Below, in pieces: positions 55,528-64,000 of a stretch of DNA of 64,000 nt. Numbering within the stretch: position 1 is the first letter of the stretch; the number at the start of each line of letters is the position of its first letter. The position numbers and the translations under genes are program-made. The notes under the pieces were generated by a model, which did not search any database, was not told where the DNA came from, and saw only the letters and a program-made list of their open reading frames with translations. Source of the DNA: an uncultured Gammaproteobacteria bacterium (GTDB lineage Bacteria > Pseudomonadota > Gammaproteobacteria > Pseudomonadales > UBA5518); NCBI GenBank assembly GCA_963819895.1, contig CAWFXU010000007.1, positions 169,593-233,592 on the forward strand. Reading direction: 5' to 3'.

Positions 55528-55965
55528 GTGACTACGGCAAACCTCCTGCAGCGCGCCGCGCTGCTCGTTCTGCTGGCCTGCACCGGCGCACTGGCGCACG
55601 CGGGCTGCCCCGAGGTGACGGAGGGCTTCACCTGCACGGAGTACGCGACCCCGCCGCGGCATGCGTCGACGCCGCCGGGACGCTACATCATGTACTTCTA
55701 CATCGAGACCTGCCCGCACTGCCAGGATGCGCGTCCGAAGGTGGACGCCTGGCGCAAGACACTGCCCGAGGACGTGCGCTACATCGAGCACGTCGCGAAG
55801 TGGAAAGACCGCGACGGGGCGGCGTTCGCGTACCGCATCGAGAGCGTGCCGAGCTTCGTCGTCGACGGCAAATACCTGGTCGCCATCGACAGCTGGGATC
55901 CGGCACACACCGATGCCGCGATCGCACTGGTCGGTGAGCTCGCGGGCGTCGCGCCGGCGCATTGA
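55528..55965 (+). CDS. thioredoxin-fold thiol:disulfide oxidoreductase (DsbA-like), exported
   Basis: GTG at 55528. Signal peptide TTANLLQRAALLVLLACTGALAHA carries a possible lipobox (LLAC). CPHC is the active-site motif. The upstream part of ORF 55216..55965 is antisense to rsuA. Confidence 0.7.
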   Translation: MTTANLLQRAALLVLLACTGALAHAGCPEVTEGFTCTEYATPPRHASTPPGRYIMYFYIETCPHCQDARPKVDAWRKTLPEDVRYIEHVAKWKDRDGAAFAYRIESVPSFVVDGKYLVAIDSWDPAHTDAAIALVGELAGVAPAH

Positions 55966-56233
55966 CCCCGACCCGGACCGCCGGAGTGCCGCGACGGCAA
56001 GCACGGTGGCGGGCGGCGCGGGGCGCCTGCTTCGGGAGGATCACCGAACGACCCTGCCGGGGGTAGCGGCCGGGACGCAATGGCACCGGAAAGAAAATGC
56101 GGGCAATTCTGCCCGAACCGAGGTAGTATCGGCGCAACGTATGCACTGCCCGCGGGCCGTTTGCGCTGTCCCCCATGGTCCGGGCAAGCGCATCTCCCCC
56201 GCTCGCAACCCTTTAAGTTCCTGCAGGTGAATC

Positions 56234-56425
56234 GTGGCCAAACCCAATTATTCATTCGAAAAACGGCAGCGCGAGATCGCCAAGAAGAAGAAAAAAGAAG
56301 AGAAACTGCAGGAGAAGAACCAGCGCAAAGGCTCCAAAGGCCCTGCGCCGGATGACGTGACGGCTGAACCGTCGTTGACAGCACCGGCACCTGCCGATGC
56401 CGACGGTGACGCTGGTAATAACTGA
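56234..56425 (+). CDS. small Lys/Glu-rich basic protein (63 aa), hypothetical
   Basis: GTG start. MAKPNYSFEKRQREIAKKKKKEEKLQEKNQRKG. Locally AT-rich codons. Lies 18 nt upstream of the RRM protein gene. Confidence 0.5.
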   Translation: MAKPNYSFEKRQREIAKKKKKEEKLQEKNQRKGSKGPAPDDVTAEPSLTAPAPADADGDAGNN

Positions 56426-56443
56426 AATCGGAGCTCTATTTAC

Positions 56444-56788
56444 ATGGCACAGAACAAACTGTACGTCGGCAACTTCCCGTACTCGGTGGATGAGGCGCAG
56501 TTGCGCGCACTGTTCTCGACGTACGGCGACATCACTGACATCGCGCTGATCATGGATCGTGAAACCGGCCGCCCGAAGGGCTTCGGCTTCATCACCTTCG
56601 CCACGCAGGCGGCCGCTGAAGCGGCGCTGGAACTGGATGGCCGTGACCTGGGCGGTCGTCCGCTCAAGGTCAACATGGCGATGGAGCGTGACAGCCGCAG
56701 CGGCGGCGGTGGCCGTCCGGGTGGCGGCGGTGGCCGTCCCGGCGGCGGCGGTGGCCGTCCCGGCGGCGGCGGTGGTGGCCGCTGGTAA
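56444..56788 (+). CDS. RRM (RNP-1/RNP-2) RNA-binding protein with Gly/Arg-rich tail
   Basis: RNP-2 is KLYVGNF. RNP-1 is KGFGFITF. The C-terminal tail is GGGGRPG repeated. Confidence 0.9.
   Translation: MAQNKLYVGNFPYSVDEAQLRALFSTYGDITDIALIMDRETGRPKGFGFITFATQAAAEAALELDGRDLGGRPLKVNMAMERDSRSGGGGRPGGGGGRPGGGGGRPGGGGGGRW
56702..56785 (+). repeat. 21-bp tandem repeat (about 4 units) encoding the GGGGRPG tail
   Basis: Unit ggcggcggtggccgtccSggY is repeated head to tail, and the last unit is degenerate. Confidence 0.8.
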
Positions 56789-56824
56789 GTCCAGCCGTCC
56801 CCACGTCCCCGTGACGTGAACAAG

Positions 56825-56850
56825 AAAGCCCGGAATTTCCGGGCTTTTTT
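56825..56850 (+). terminator. rho-independent terminator
   Basis: Stem agcccgga / tccgggct, 3-nt loop, then a T-run (gggcttttttg). Confidence 0.8.
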
Positions 56851-56919
56851 GTGGGCGCTTTGCCGGAAATGCCTTTGTGCGTAGTATCCGGCCGATGATC
56901 TGAGCGCAGGGAGGCGTCG

Positions 56920-58744
56920 ATGCCCGGCAGGCTGGCGGATCGCATATTCTCGTGGATCGATGCGAGCCTCGCGGCGCTCGGCCACGGCTTCATCCGCCAG
57001 TGGACCAGGGTCGAGCGCAGCTACCGTCGGCCGTTGTCGTGGCTCGCTTTCCGTCTGAAGTTCGTGTTCTACCCGCTGCTCGCCATCGGCGCGATTGCCT
57101 GGCTGGGCTGGGACTGGAGCCACGCCCGCTCGCTGGACTCGGCCGAGGACGCGATCTTCGATCAGGTGGTGCAGTGGCGCCCGTTCGAGCCGAGGCCTTC
57201 CGGCCAGGTCGTCGTGGTCGAGATCGACGAGTGTTCGATCGAATATTTTCGCGCGCGCGGCGAAGGTGGCTGGCCATGGAGCCGGCAGCGCCATGCCGAC
57301 CTGCTCGACCAGCTCGATCGCGCCGGTGTGCGCGCGGTTGGCTACGACGTGCTGTTTGCCGATCCCTCGCCGGGCGACCCTCTCGGTGACCAGACCCTGG
57401 AGGCCATGGCCAGGGGCGGCGCCGGCCGCTTCCTGTTCGGGTCGACGCGACTGCACCCGGAATACGACGAGAGTTCTCCCTTGCGGGCCTCGCGGGCTCC
57501 GTCCGCGTTTGCGCTCGTGCCGGACCCGGTCAACGACCCGAAGGTCGCACTGCTGCTGCCCTACGGCGAGGCGATGGCCCGCTACAGCGCGATTGCCAAC
57601 GTCACCCGCAACAAGGACGGGGTCCTGCGCGACATCCCGTTGCACGAGGCGGTCGGCGACTGGGCCTTGCCCTCGCTGGCGCTGCGCGTGGCGACGACCG
57701 TCATGCCGCAGTCAGCGCCCTCGCCTGCCGCCGCCGTGCGCCCGAACTGGCGACAGGACACGCGGCTGCCGCATGTCAGCGCGGCCGACCTGTTGAACGG
57801 GGGCAAGGCGGTCTGCCGCGACGCGACGGCCGCGTTGCCTGCGTTGAACGGGCGCGTGGCGCTGGTCGGCTATACCGCATCCGGACTCAACGACGCCAAG
57901 CCCACGCCCGTCGATCCGGTCATGCCGGGCGTCGAAGTCCTGGCAGAGGCCACCGAGGCCCTGCTTGCCGACAGCGCGATCCGCACCCCGCCCGGCTGGT
58001 TGAAGTACGTCTTTGCCACGCTGCTGACGCTGCTGACCACATTCGCCTTCTGGCGCGGCGAGCCGGCTCAGGACATCGACTCGGTCTTCGTCGCGGTCAA
58101 CGCCGCGCTGCTGAGCGCGGCTTTCGTCGGCCTCACGTTCTTCGGCTTCTTCTTCGATATCTTCGCCAGCGTCGCGTTCGTCAGCCTGATCTTCGCATAC
58201 CTGTCGCGCGTACGCCGGAATACAGCGTGGACGCGCGGTGGGCAACGGCGATTTCCTGCCGGAATTCGTCCCCGACCAGGACCGCTGGCTGGCCGTGGCG
58301 CGCCTGCGCTTCGTGCCCGACGCGCAACTCGACGAGACCTCCGCGGCGCGTCGCCATCGCGAATACCAGCGCCGGCTGCGGCGCTTCCTGTACGCCGGCA
58401 GCGACGCGGTGATGCTGGAGGGCGTGGTCGAACGCAAGAGCTGGTTGCACGATGCGCTGAGCGATACGACGATCCTGGTGTGGCACGGCGCGAATGCAGC
58501 CACGGCGCGCACTACGGCGCTCGCGGACCTCGCGCGGCTCGAGCGCGAACTGGCCGAGTACGACGAGCGTCTGCCCGACGATGGCAGCGTATTGCTGGCT
58601 TTCGATTGCACCGAGGTGGCCGCGGGCTCGGACATGCGGTTGCACGAGTTGCTAGGGCAAGTGCTTGCGTGCCCGGCCGAACAGCCGCTCTCGTGGCACG
58701 GCACCATTGCCACCGTCAGCAGCACTTCGCCTGGAGCGAACTGA
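56920..58744 (+). pseudogene. CHASE2-domain membrane sensor with unassigned C-terminal domain, one frameshift
   Basis: N-terminal TM segment, then CHASE2-like region (VVVVEIDECSIEYF, GYDVLFADP, RNKDGVLRDIPL, ALVGYTASGLNDAKPTPV), then three TM segments. The shift is near 58210. The C-terminal ~170 aa is ORF 58238..58744. Confidence 0.8.
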
Positions 58745-58774
58745 CGCGCACCCTGCCGTTCGCGCCGACAGCCG

Positions 58775-60499
58775 CTAACGCGCGTGTGACTGAAGCCCGC
58801 GAACGAGCCGCCCGGGCAACTCACCGCTGTGTTGCCCGTCGCGATAGACGGTGCGCCCGCTGACAACGGTCGCCACGTAGCCTTCGGCACGCTGCACCAG
58901 GCGGCGCGCACCGCTCGGCAGGTCGTAGCTCACCTCGGGCGGGTGCAGGTGCAGCCGGTCGAAGTCGATCACGTTGAGGTCCGCCTTGTGGCCGGGCGCG
59001 AGCAGACCGCGATCGTCCATGCCCATCGTGAGCGCCGTCGCGCGGCACAGACCGTGCACCAGTTCCGGCAGCGGCACGCGCCCCTTCGCCCGGTCGCGGC
59101 CCCAGTGCATCAGCGTGAAGGTCGAGTAGCTGCCGTCGCAGATCGTGCCGCAATGCGCGCCGCCGTCGCCGAGTCCGGGCAGCACGTCGGGGTGGCGCAG
59201 CATGGTGCCGAGTGCATCGAGATTGCCCTCGGCGTAATTGGCCATTGCAAGGTAGAGATTGCCGCCGTTCTCGCCCTCGAGCATCAGGTCGTAGGCCAGC
59301 GCTTCCGGGCTCACACCGAGCCGCTGCGCGCGTGCCGCGATGCTCTGCCCGGGTGGCTGCTCGTAGTCGGGCGGATCGCCGAGCAGGAACATGTTCCCGA
59401 AGTCTCGGACCATGCGCCCCAGCGCCGACGCGGGATCGGGGTCCACCGGTTCCGCGAGCATGCGCGCGCGCACCTCGGGTCGGCGCAGCTCGCGCAGCCG
59501 TTCCGCGAGCGGCAAGGCGGGCCAGCTCGGCGTAGCTCGCGGTGGAATAGAACGGGTTCAGCGTCAGCTCGTGCCCCAGCATCATGCCGATCGCGCGCGG
59601 CATCAGCTGCGCCTTCATGGTGATCCCGGCGGCGTTGGCATCGCCCAGCTCCTCGAGCAGGCGCGGCCAGTTGTACGGCCCGGTGTTGCCGGTCCCGATC
59701 GAGAATGTCAGCGGGCGCCCGGCGTGCTCGGCGATGCGGCGCATGTGCGCGCAGGCTCGCGCCGGACTGGTGAATGTCCTCCACGATCTGGAACACGCCG
59801 CGGCCCTTCGCGCGCAGCGTCGCGGCGAGCGCCATCAGCTCGTCCTCGGTCGCGTCCAGCGTGGGGATGTGCTTGCCGTCGCTGGAGCGGTGGAACAGCG
59901 TGCGCGAGGTGGCGATGCCCATCGCGCCGGCGTCCAGCGCCTCGCCGAGCAGCTCGCACATGCGCGCGATGTCCGCCGGCGTGGCCGGCTCGCGGTTCGC
60001 GCCGCGCTCGCCCATCACGTAGACGCGCAGCGCCGCGTGCGGCAGGTAGCAGGCGATGTCCATGTCGTAGCGGCGCGACGGCCAGCAGGTCCAGGTACTC
60101 CGGGAAGCTCTCCCAGGTCCACGGCAGCCCCTCGGCCAGCACCGGATAGGGAATGTCCTCGACGCCCTCCATCAGGCGGATCAGCGGATCGCGCTGCTCG
60201 GGCCGGCACGGCGCGAAGCCCACGCCGCAGTTGCCCATGATCGCGGTGGTCACGCCGTGCGCGGACGAGGGCACCAGGCGGTTCTCCCAGGTGACCTGGC
60301 CGTCGTAGTGGGTGTGGATGTCGACGAAGCCGGGCGTCACCAGCAGCCCCGCGGCGTCGATCTCCTCGCGTCCGCGGCCGAGTCGCGGCCCCACGTCGGC
60401 GATCAGCCCGCCGCGCACCCCCACGTCGGCGATGTACGGTTCACCGCCCGAGCCGTCGAGCAGCGTGCCGCCGCGAATGAGCAGGTCGTAGTCGTTCAT
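58775..60499 (-). pseudogene. N-acyl-D-amino-acid deacylase (D-aminoacylase, amidohydrolase family), three frameshifts
   Basis: [19 protein letters not shown]...[13 protein letters not shown]...[16 protein letters not shown] starts at ATG 60499. Further pieces are ORFs 59311..60063, 58821..59744 and 58775..59515. Shifts lie near 60082, 59748 and 59518. Span length is 3n. Confidence 0.85.
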
Positions 60500-61409
60500 G
60501 CGCGTTGCGCCTCCGGCCCGTCCTCGATGATGCGGCCCATCGCGACGGTGCCGCGGATCGTGCTGCGCTGCACGATGCGCACCTGCTCCACCGGGTGACC
60601 GAAGGCGCAGTGCATCGTGCGCCGGTTGTCCCACAGCATGATGTCGTCGTTTTCCCACGCGTGGATGTACTGGAAGCGCGGCTGCAGCGCGTGCGCGATC
60701 AGCTGCGCGATCAGGGCGTCGCTCTCCTCCTGTTCCAGGCCGAGGATACCGCGGATGTTCAGCGTGCTCACGTTCAGCACCTTGCGGCCGGTTTCCGGGT
60801 GCGTCCACACCAGCGGGTGCGCGACCGGCGGAAAATGCGGGTAGTCGGTGCGCTTCGGGTTCAGGCGCACGCCGCCGGGCCGGTTGAAGCGCATCTCGTC
60901 GAGGTCGCTGCTGAAGTGATAGATCGCCTCCAGCCCCTCGATGCGCTGCTTCGTGGCCTCGTCGAGCTCGTCGTAGGCGCGGGCCGTGTCCAGCCAGCCG
61001 GTCTCGCCGCCGTTGGCGGTCTTCTGCACCATGCGCAGCAGCGCGCCCGCGTTCGGCGTCGTGGTGAAGGCGAGGTCGGTGTGCCACGGGATGCGGCCGT
61101 GGATGCGCTCGCCGTCGAAGTCGTAGACCGGGCCGGTGGGGCCGTCCTTGTTGGTGAGCAGGATCAGCTCCGGGTAGCCCGGCAGGCGGAAGCGCTCGAT
61201 CGGGTGGATCTCCAGCTCGCCGAAGCAGCGGCTCAGCGCGAGCAGCGCCTCCGGCGAGGTGCCGATGCCGCGGAACAGCACGATGCCCGCATCCAGCCAC
61301 ACCTCGCGCAGAGCAGCTGCGGTGCCCGGCTCGACGGCCCCGTCGAGCTGCGAGCCCCAGCACTTCCTTACCGATATCACCGGGCAGCGGTCTTGACGTC
61401 GAATTGCAT
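60496..61409 (-). pseudogene. TauD/TfdA-family Fe(II)/2-oxoglutarate dioxygenase, two frameshifts at the 5' end
   Basis: [19 protein letters not shown] and QLDGAVEPG... lie in three successive frames (near 61378 and 61350). The body contains IPWHTDLAF and ends RSTIRG... The stop overlaps the deacylase start (ATGA). Confidence 0.85.
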
Positions 61410-61638
61410 CGTGAGGCCCTCGCTTCGCAGTTGACTGAGTGAGCGTCGACTGTAGTGCCGCGTATCGCGCGCGGCATCGGGCATTTGCACTAAAGCTTGC
61501 GCAAATGACCCATTGAAGCGCCTCGCAGGAATAGTGCGTTTGCACCATGCCACACGCAGCCGATCTGGCCACACTTGGCGCCGCGTCCCGCAGGCATACC
61601 CGCGGAACTGCCAAGCCCCGCAACAATAAGGAGTAAAC

Positions 61639-63938
61639 ATGATGAGCAAACCGGGAACAACGCATTCCGCGCCTGCGCACTGCCCTCGCCGTCGGCGCCA
61701 TCGGCATTGCACTGCCCGCCCTCGCCCAGGAAGCCCAACTCGAGGAAATGGTCGTGACCGCGCAGAAGCGCGAGCAGAGCATCCAGGATGTGCCGATCTC
61801 GATGACCGCCGTGGGCGGCGAGACGCTGCACGACCCGTGGTATCGAGGGCATCGCGAACCTGAACGGCATCGCGCCGAACGTCTCCTTTCGAGAGAGCCC
61901 CGGCACCACGATGATCTCGATCGTCGCGATCCGCGGCGCCGTGGCCGGCAACCCTGCGATCTGGATGGACCCGCCCGTCGGCATGTACGTCGACGGCGTC
62001 TACGTCGGCAAGTCCCAGGGCAGCGTGTTCGACGTCGTCGAACTGGAACGCGTCGAGGTGCTGCGCGGACCACAGGGCACGCTGTTCGGCCGCAACACCG
62101 CCGGCGGCGCGATCAACTTCATCACGCGCAAGCCCGCCGGCGAGTTCGGCGGCAACGTGGGCCTGGAGTACGGCCGCTTCGATCACTCCATCGCGCGTGC
62201 CAGTCTCGACCTGCCGCAGTGGGGCATGCTGAGCACCAGCTTCGGTTACCGCAAGGAAGACCGCGACGAGATCATCGAAAACGACACGCCTGGCGTCGAC
62301 GGCTGGGGCGCGAAGGACCAGGAAGCCTGGCGCTTCGCGGCCACGCTCGACCTCACCGAGGACCTGCGGGCCTACTACCACTACGACCACAGCGAGGCCG
62401 ACAACACGCCCCGCGCCACGACCGTGGCGGCCGTGAGCGGCTGGCAGGGACCGGGCGCCTTCTACCAGGGCTACAAGTCATTCATCGAAACGAACCGTCC
62501 CTGGTCGATCGCGACCAACCCGGACCGTCCGATCTTCGAGGAGACCGAGGTCGATGGCCACGCGCTGACGCTCAGCTGGGAGCTGAACGAGAACAACCAG
62601 CTGAAGTACATCGGCGCCTGGCGCGAGATGGACTACGCCGACGCCGGCGACCTCGACGGCACGCCGATAAACTTCACGACGGTGCCGGCCGGTCCGAACA
62701 TGTACTTCCAGCGCCACACCAACGTCGAGACGAAGTCGCACGAATTGCAGTGGGTCGGCGACATCGACCGCCTGAATTACGTGCTCGGCTACTACCTGTA
62801 CGAGGACGACGGCTACACCGTGGGTCCGCAGGACTTCTTCGGGCGACCGGCGCGTTCCGACTACGGTTCCGAGACCGACGCGAACGCCTGGTTCGTGCAG
62901 CTCGACTACGAAATCACCGACGCCCTGACGGCGACCGTCGGTTTCCGCCAGACCGAGGAGAAGAAGACGGGCGCGACGCACCGCTTCAACACCGTGGGCT
63001 TCAACGGTCCGCAGCTAGGCCCCGACGTGATCAACGTCGCGGGCTACGACGCCGAGTGGAGCGCGGACACACCGGTATTCGCGCTGAACTACGCGCTCAC
63101 GAGCGACGTGAACCTGTACACGCGCGTGGCCAAGGGCTTCAAGAGCGGCGGCTTCAGCAGCGAGCTGGCCGACCCCGTGCGGGTGCTGAACCCCTTCGAT
63201 CCCGAGGAAGCGTGGACCTACGAGGGCGGCGTCAAGGCCTCGTTCCTGGACAACCGCGCCACGCTGTCGGCGGCGGTGTTCCGCAACGAGATCACCGACC
63301 TGCACACCACGCAGCTGGTGCCCGGCACCTCGACCTCCTTCGTGGCCAACGCGGGCGAGGCGACCTACGACGGCTTCGAACTGGAGGGAGCCATCCGGAT
63401 CACGGACGGCTGGACCGTGCAGTTCAGCTACGGCTACCTCGACGGCGAGTTCGGCGAGTTCATCGACTACCCGATCGACAGGAACCCCGCGACCGGGCAG
63501 TACTTCACGAACACGGCGGCCGGACTGATCGACACCGGCAGCAACCGTGTCGCGCCCTATGCGCCGGAGCACACGCTGAACCTGAATCTCGACGGCCAGC
63601 TGGCGCAGACGGAGTTCGGCACGCTGAGGCTGATCCTCGACTACACCTACACCGCCGAGATGTATGTCTACGCGGCCAACAAGTCGCTGGACGACCCGAG
63701 GGCGGGCGGCCAGTACCTGGCGTCGATCGGCGAGATTCCCGACACGCCGAACCTGAACGCGCGGCTGCTGCTCGCGCAGATTCCGGTCGGCGGCCCGGGC
63801 GAGGCCGAAGTTGCGATCTACGGGCGCAACCTCACCGACTTCGACGACCGCACCCCGTCGATCGACTTCGGCGGCTTCGTGAACGCCAACTGGCCGACGC
63901 CGCGCACTTACGGGATGGCCGTCAGCTACAAGTGGTAG
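61639..63938 (+). pseudogene. TonB-dependent receptor, two frameshifts in signal/plug region
   Basis: aaggag lies upstream of the ATG at 61639 (MMSKP). Signal peptide and TonB box region RLRTALAVGAIGIALPALAQEAQLEEMVVTAQKREQSIQDVPIS are in the next frame. The body is ORF 61911..63938, ending YKW. Shifts lie near 61655 and 61838. Confidence 0.85.
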
Positions 63939-63969
63939 TCCCCGCGGGGCCGTATCCCGGCCCCGCCTT

Positions 63970-64000
63970 CTCCCTCCGCCCCGGCGGCGGAGGGAGCTTT
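63970..64000 (+). terminator. candidate rho-independent terminator (cut by window edge)
   Basis: 11-bp stem ctccctccgcc / ggcggagggag with a 5-nt loop, followed by cttt at the window end. Confidence 0.5.

Overview
High-GC (by eye well above 60%) proteobacterial chromosomal segment. It is gene-dense, with about 50 protein genes. I found no rRNA, tRNA, CRISPR array, transposase, integrase or phage genes. Housekeeping genes (fumC, murI, rsuA, rhlE, ybaL, rnk) are interleaved with accessory modules. (1) A gamma-glutamyl-polyamine catabolic cluster: OPT transporter, puuA-like synthetase, TonB-dependent receptor, puuD-like hydrolase, spuC aminotransferase, APC permease. (2) PepSY-PepSY-OmpR regulator-histidine kinase. 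(3) A small TM ORF, an OmpR regulator and a GAF/4xPAS hybrid kinase. (4) An MFS transporter with a soluble tail. (5) A cytosolic-type sulfotransferase translationally coupled to a NodT / MacA-like / split MacB-like efflux pump. (6) A DUF1329-DUF1302-RND(MMPL-like)-BNR/Ycf48-like cluster. (7) SAM methyltransferase-DUF2339-DUF3999. (8) A CHASE2 sensor with an unassigned C-terminal domain. (9) TauD-family dioxygenase plus D-aminoacylase, divergent from a second TonB-dependent receptor. Two intergenic repeat families are present: GTAG-headed REP arrays and a ~90-110 bp palindromic element. The most striking sequence-level property is roughly fifty frame disruptions in 23 genes. Every one I could resolve behaves as a single inserted base (+1), and they cluster in blocks while other multi-kb blocks are clean. 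I call the affected genes pseudogenes as the sequence stands, but an insertion-biased assembly or sequencing artefact is at least as likely as real decay. All family assignments come from motif and sequence recognition by eye, not from searches.
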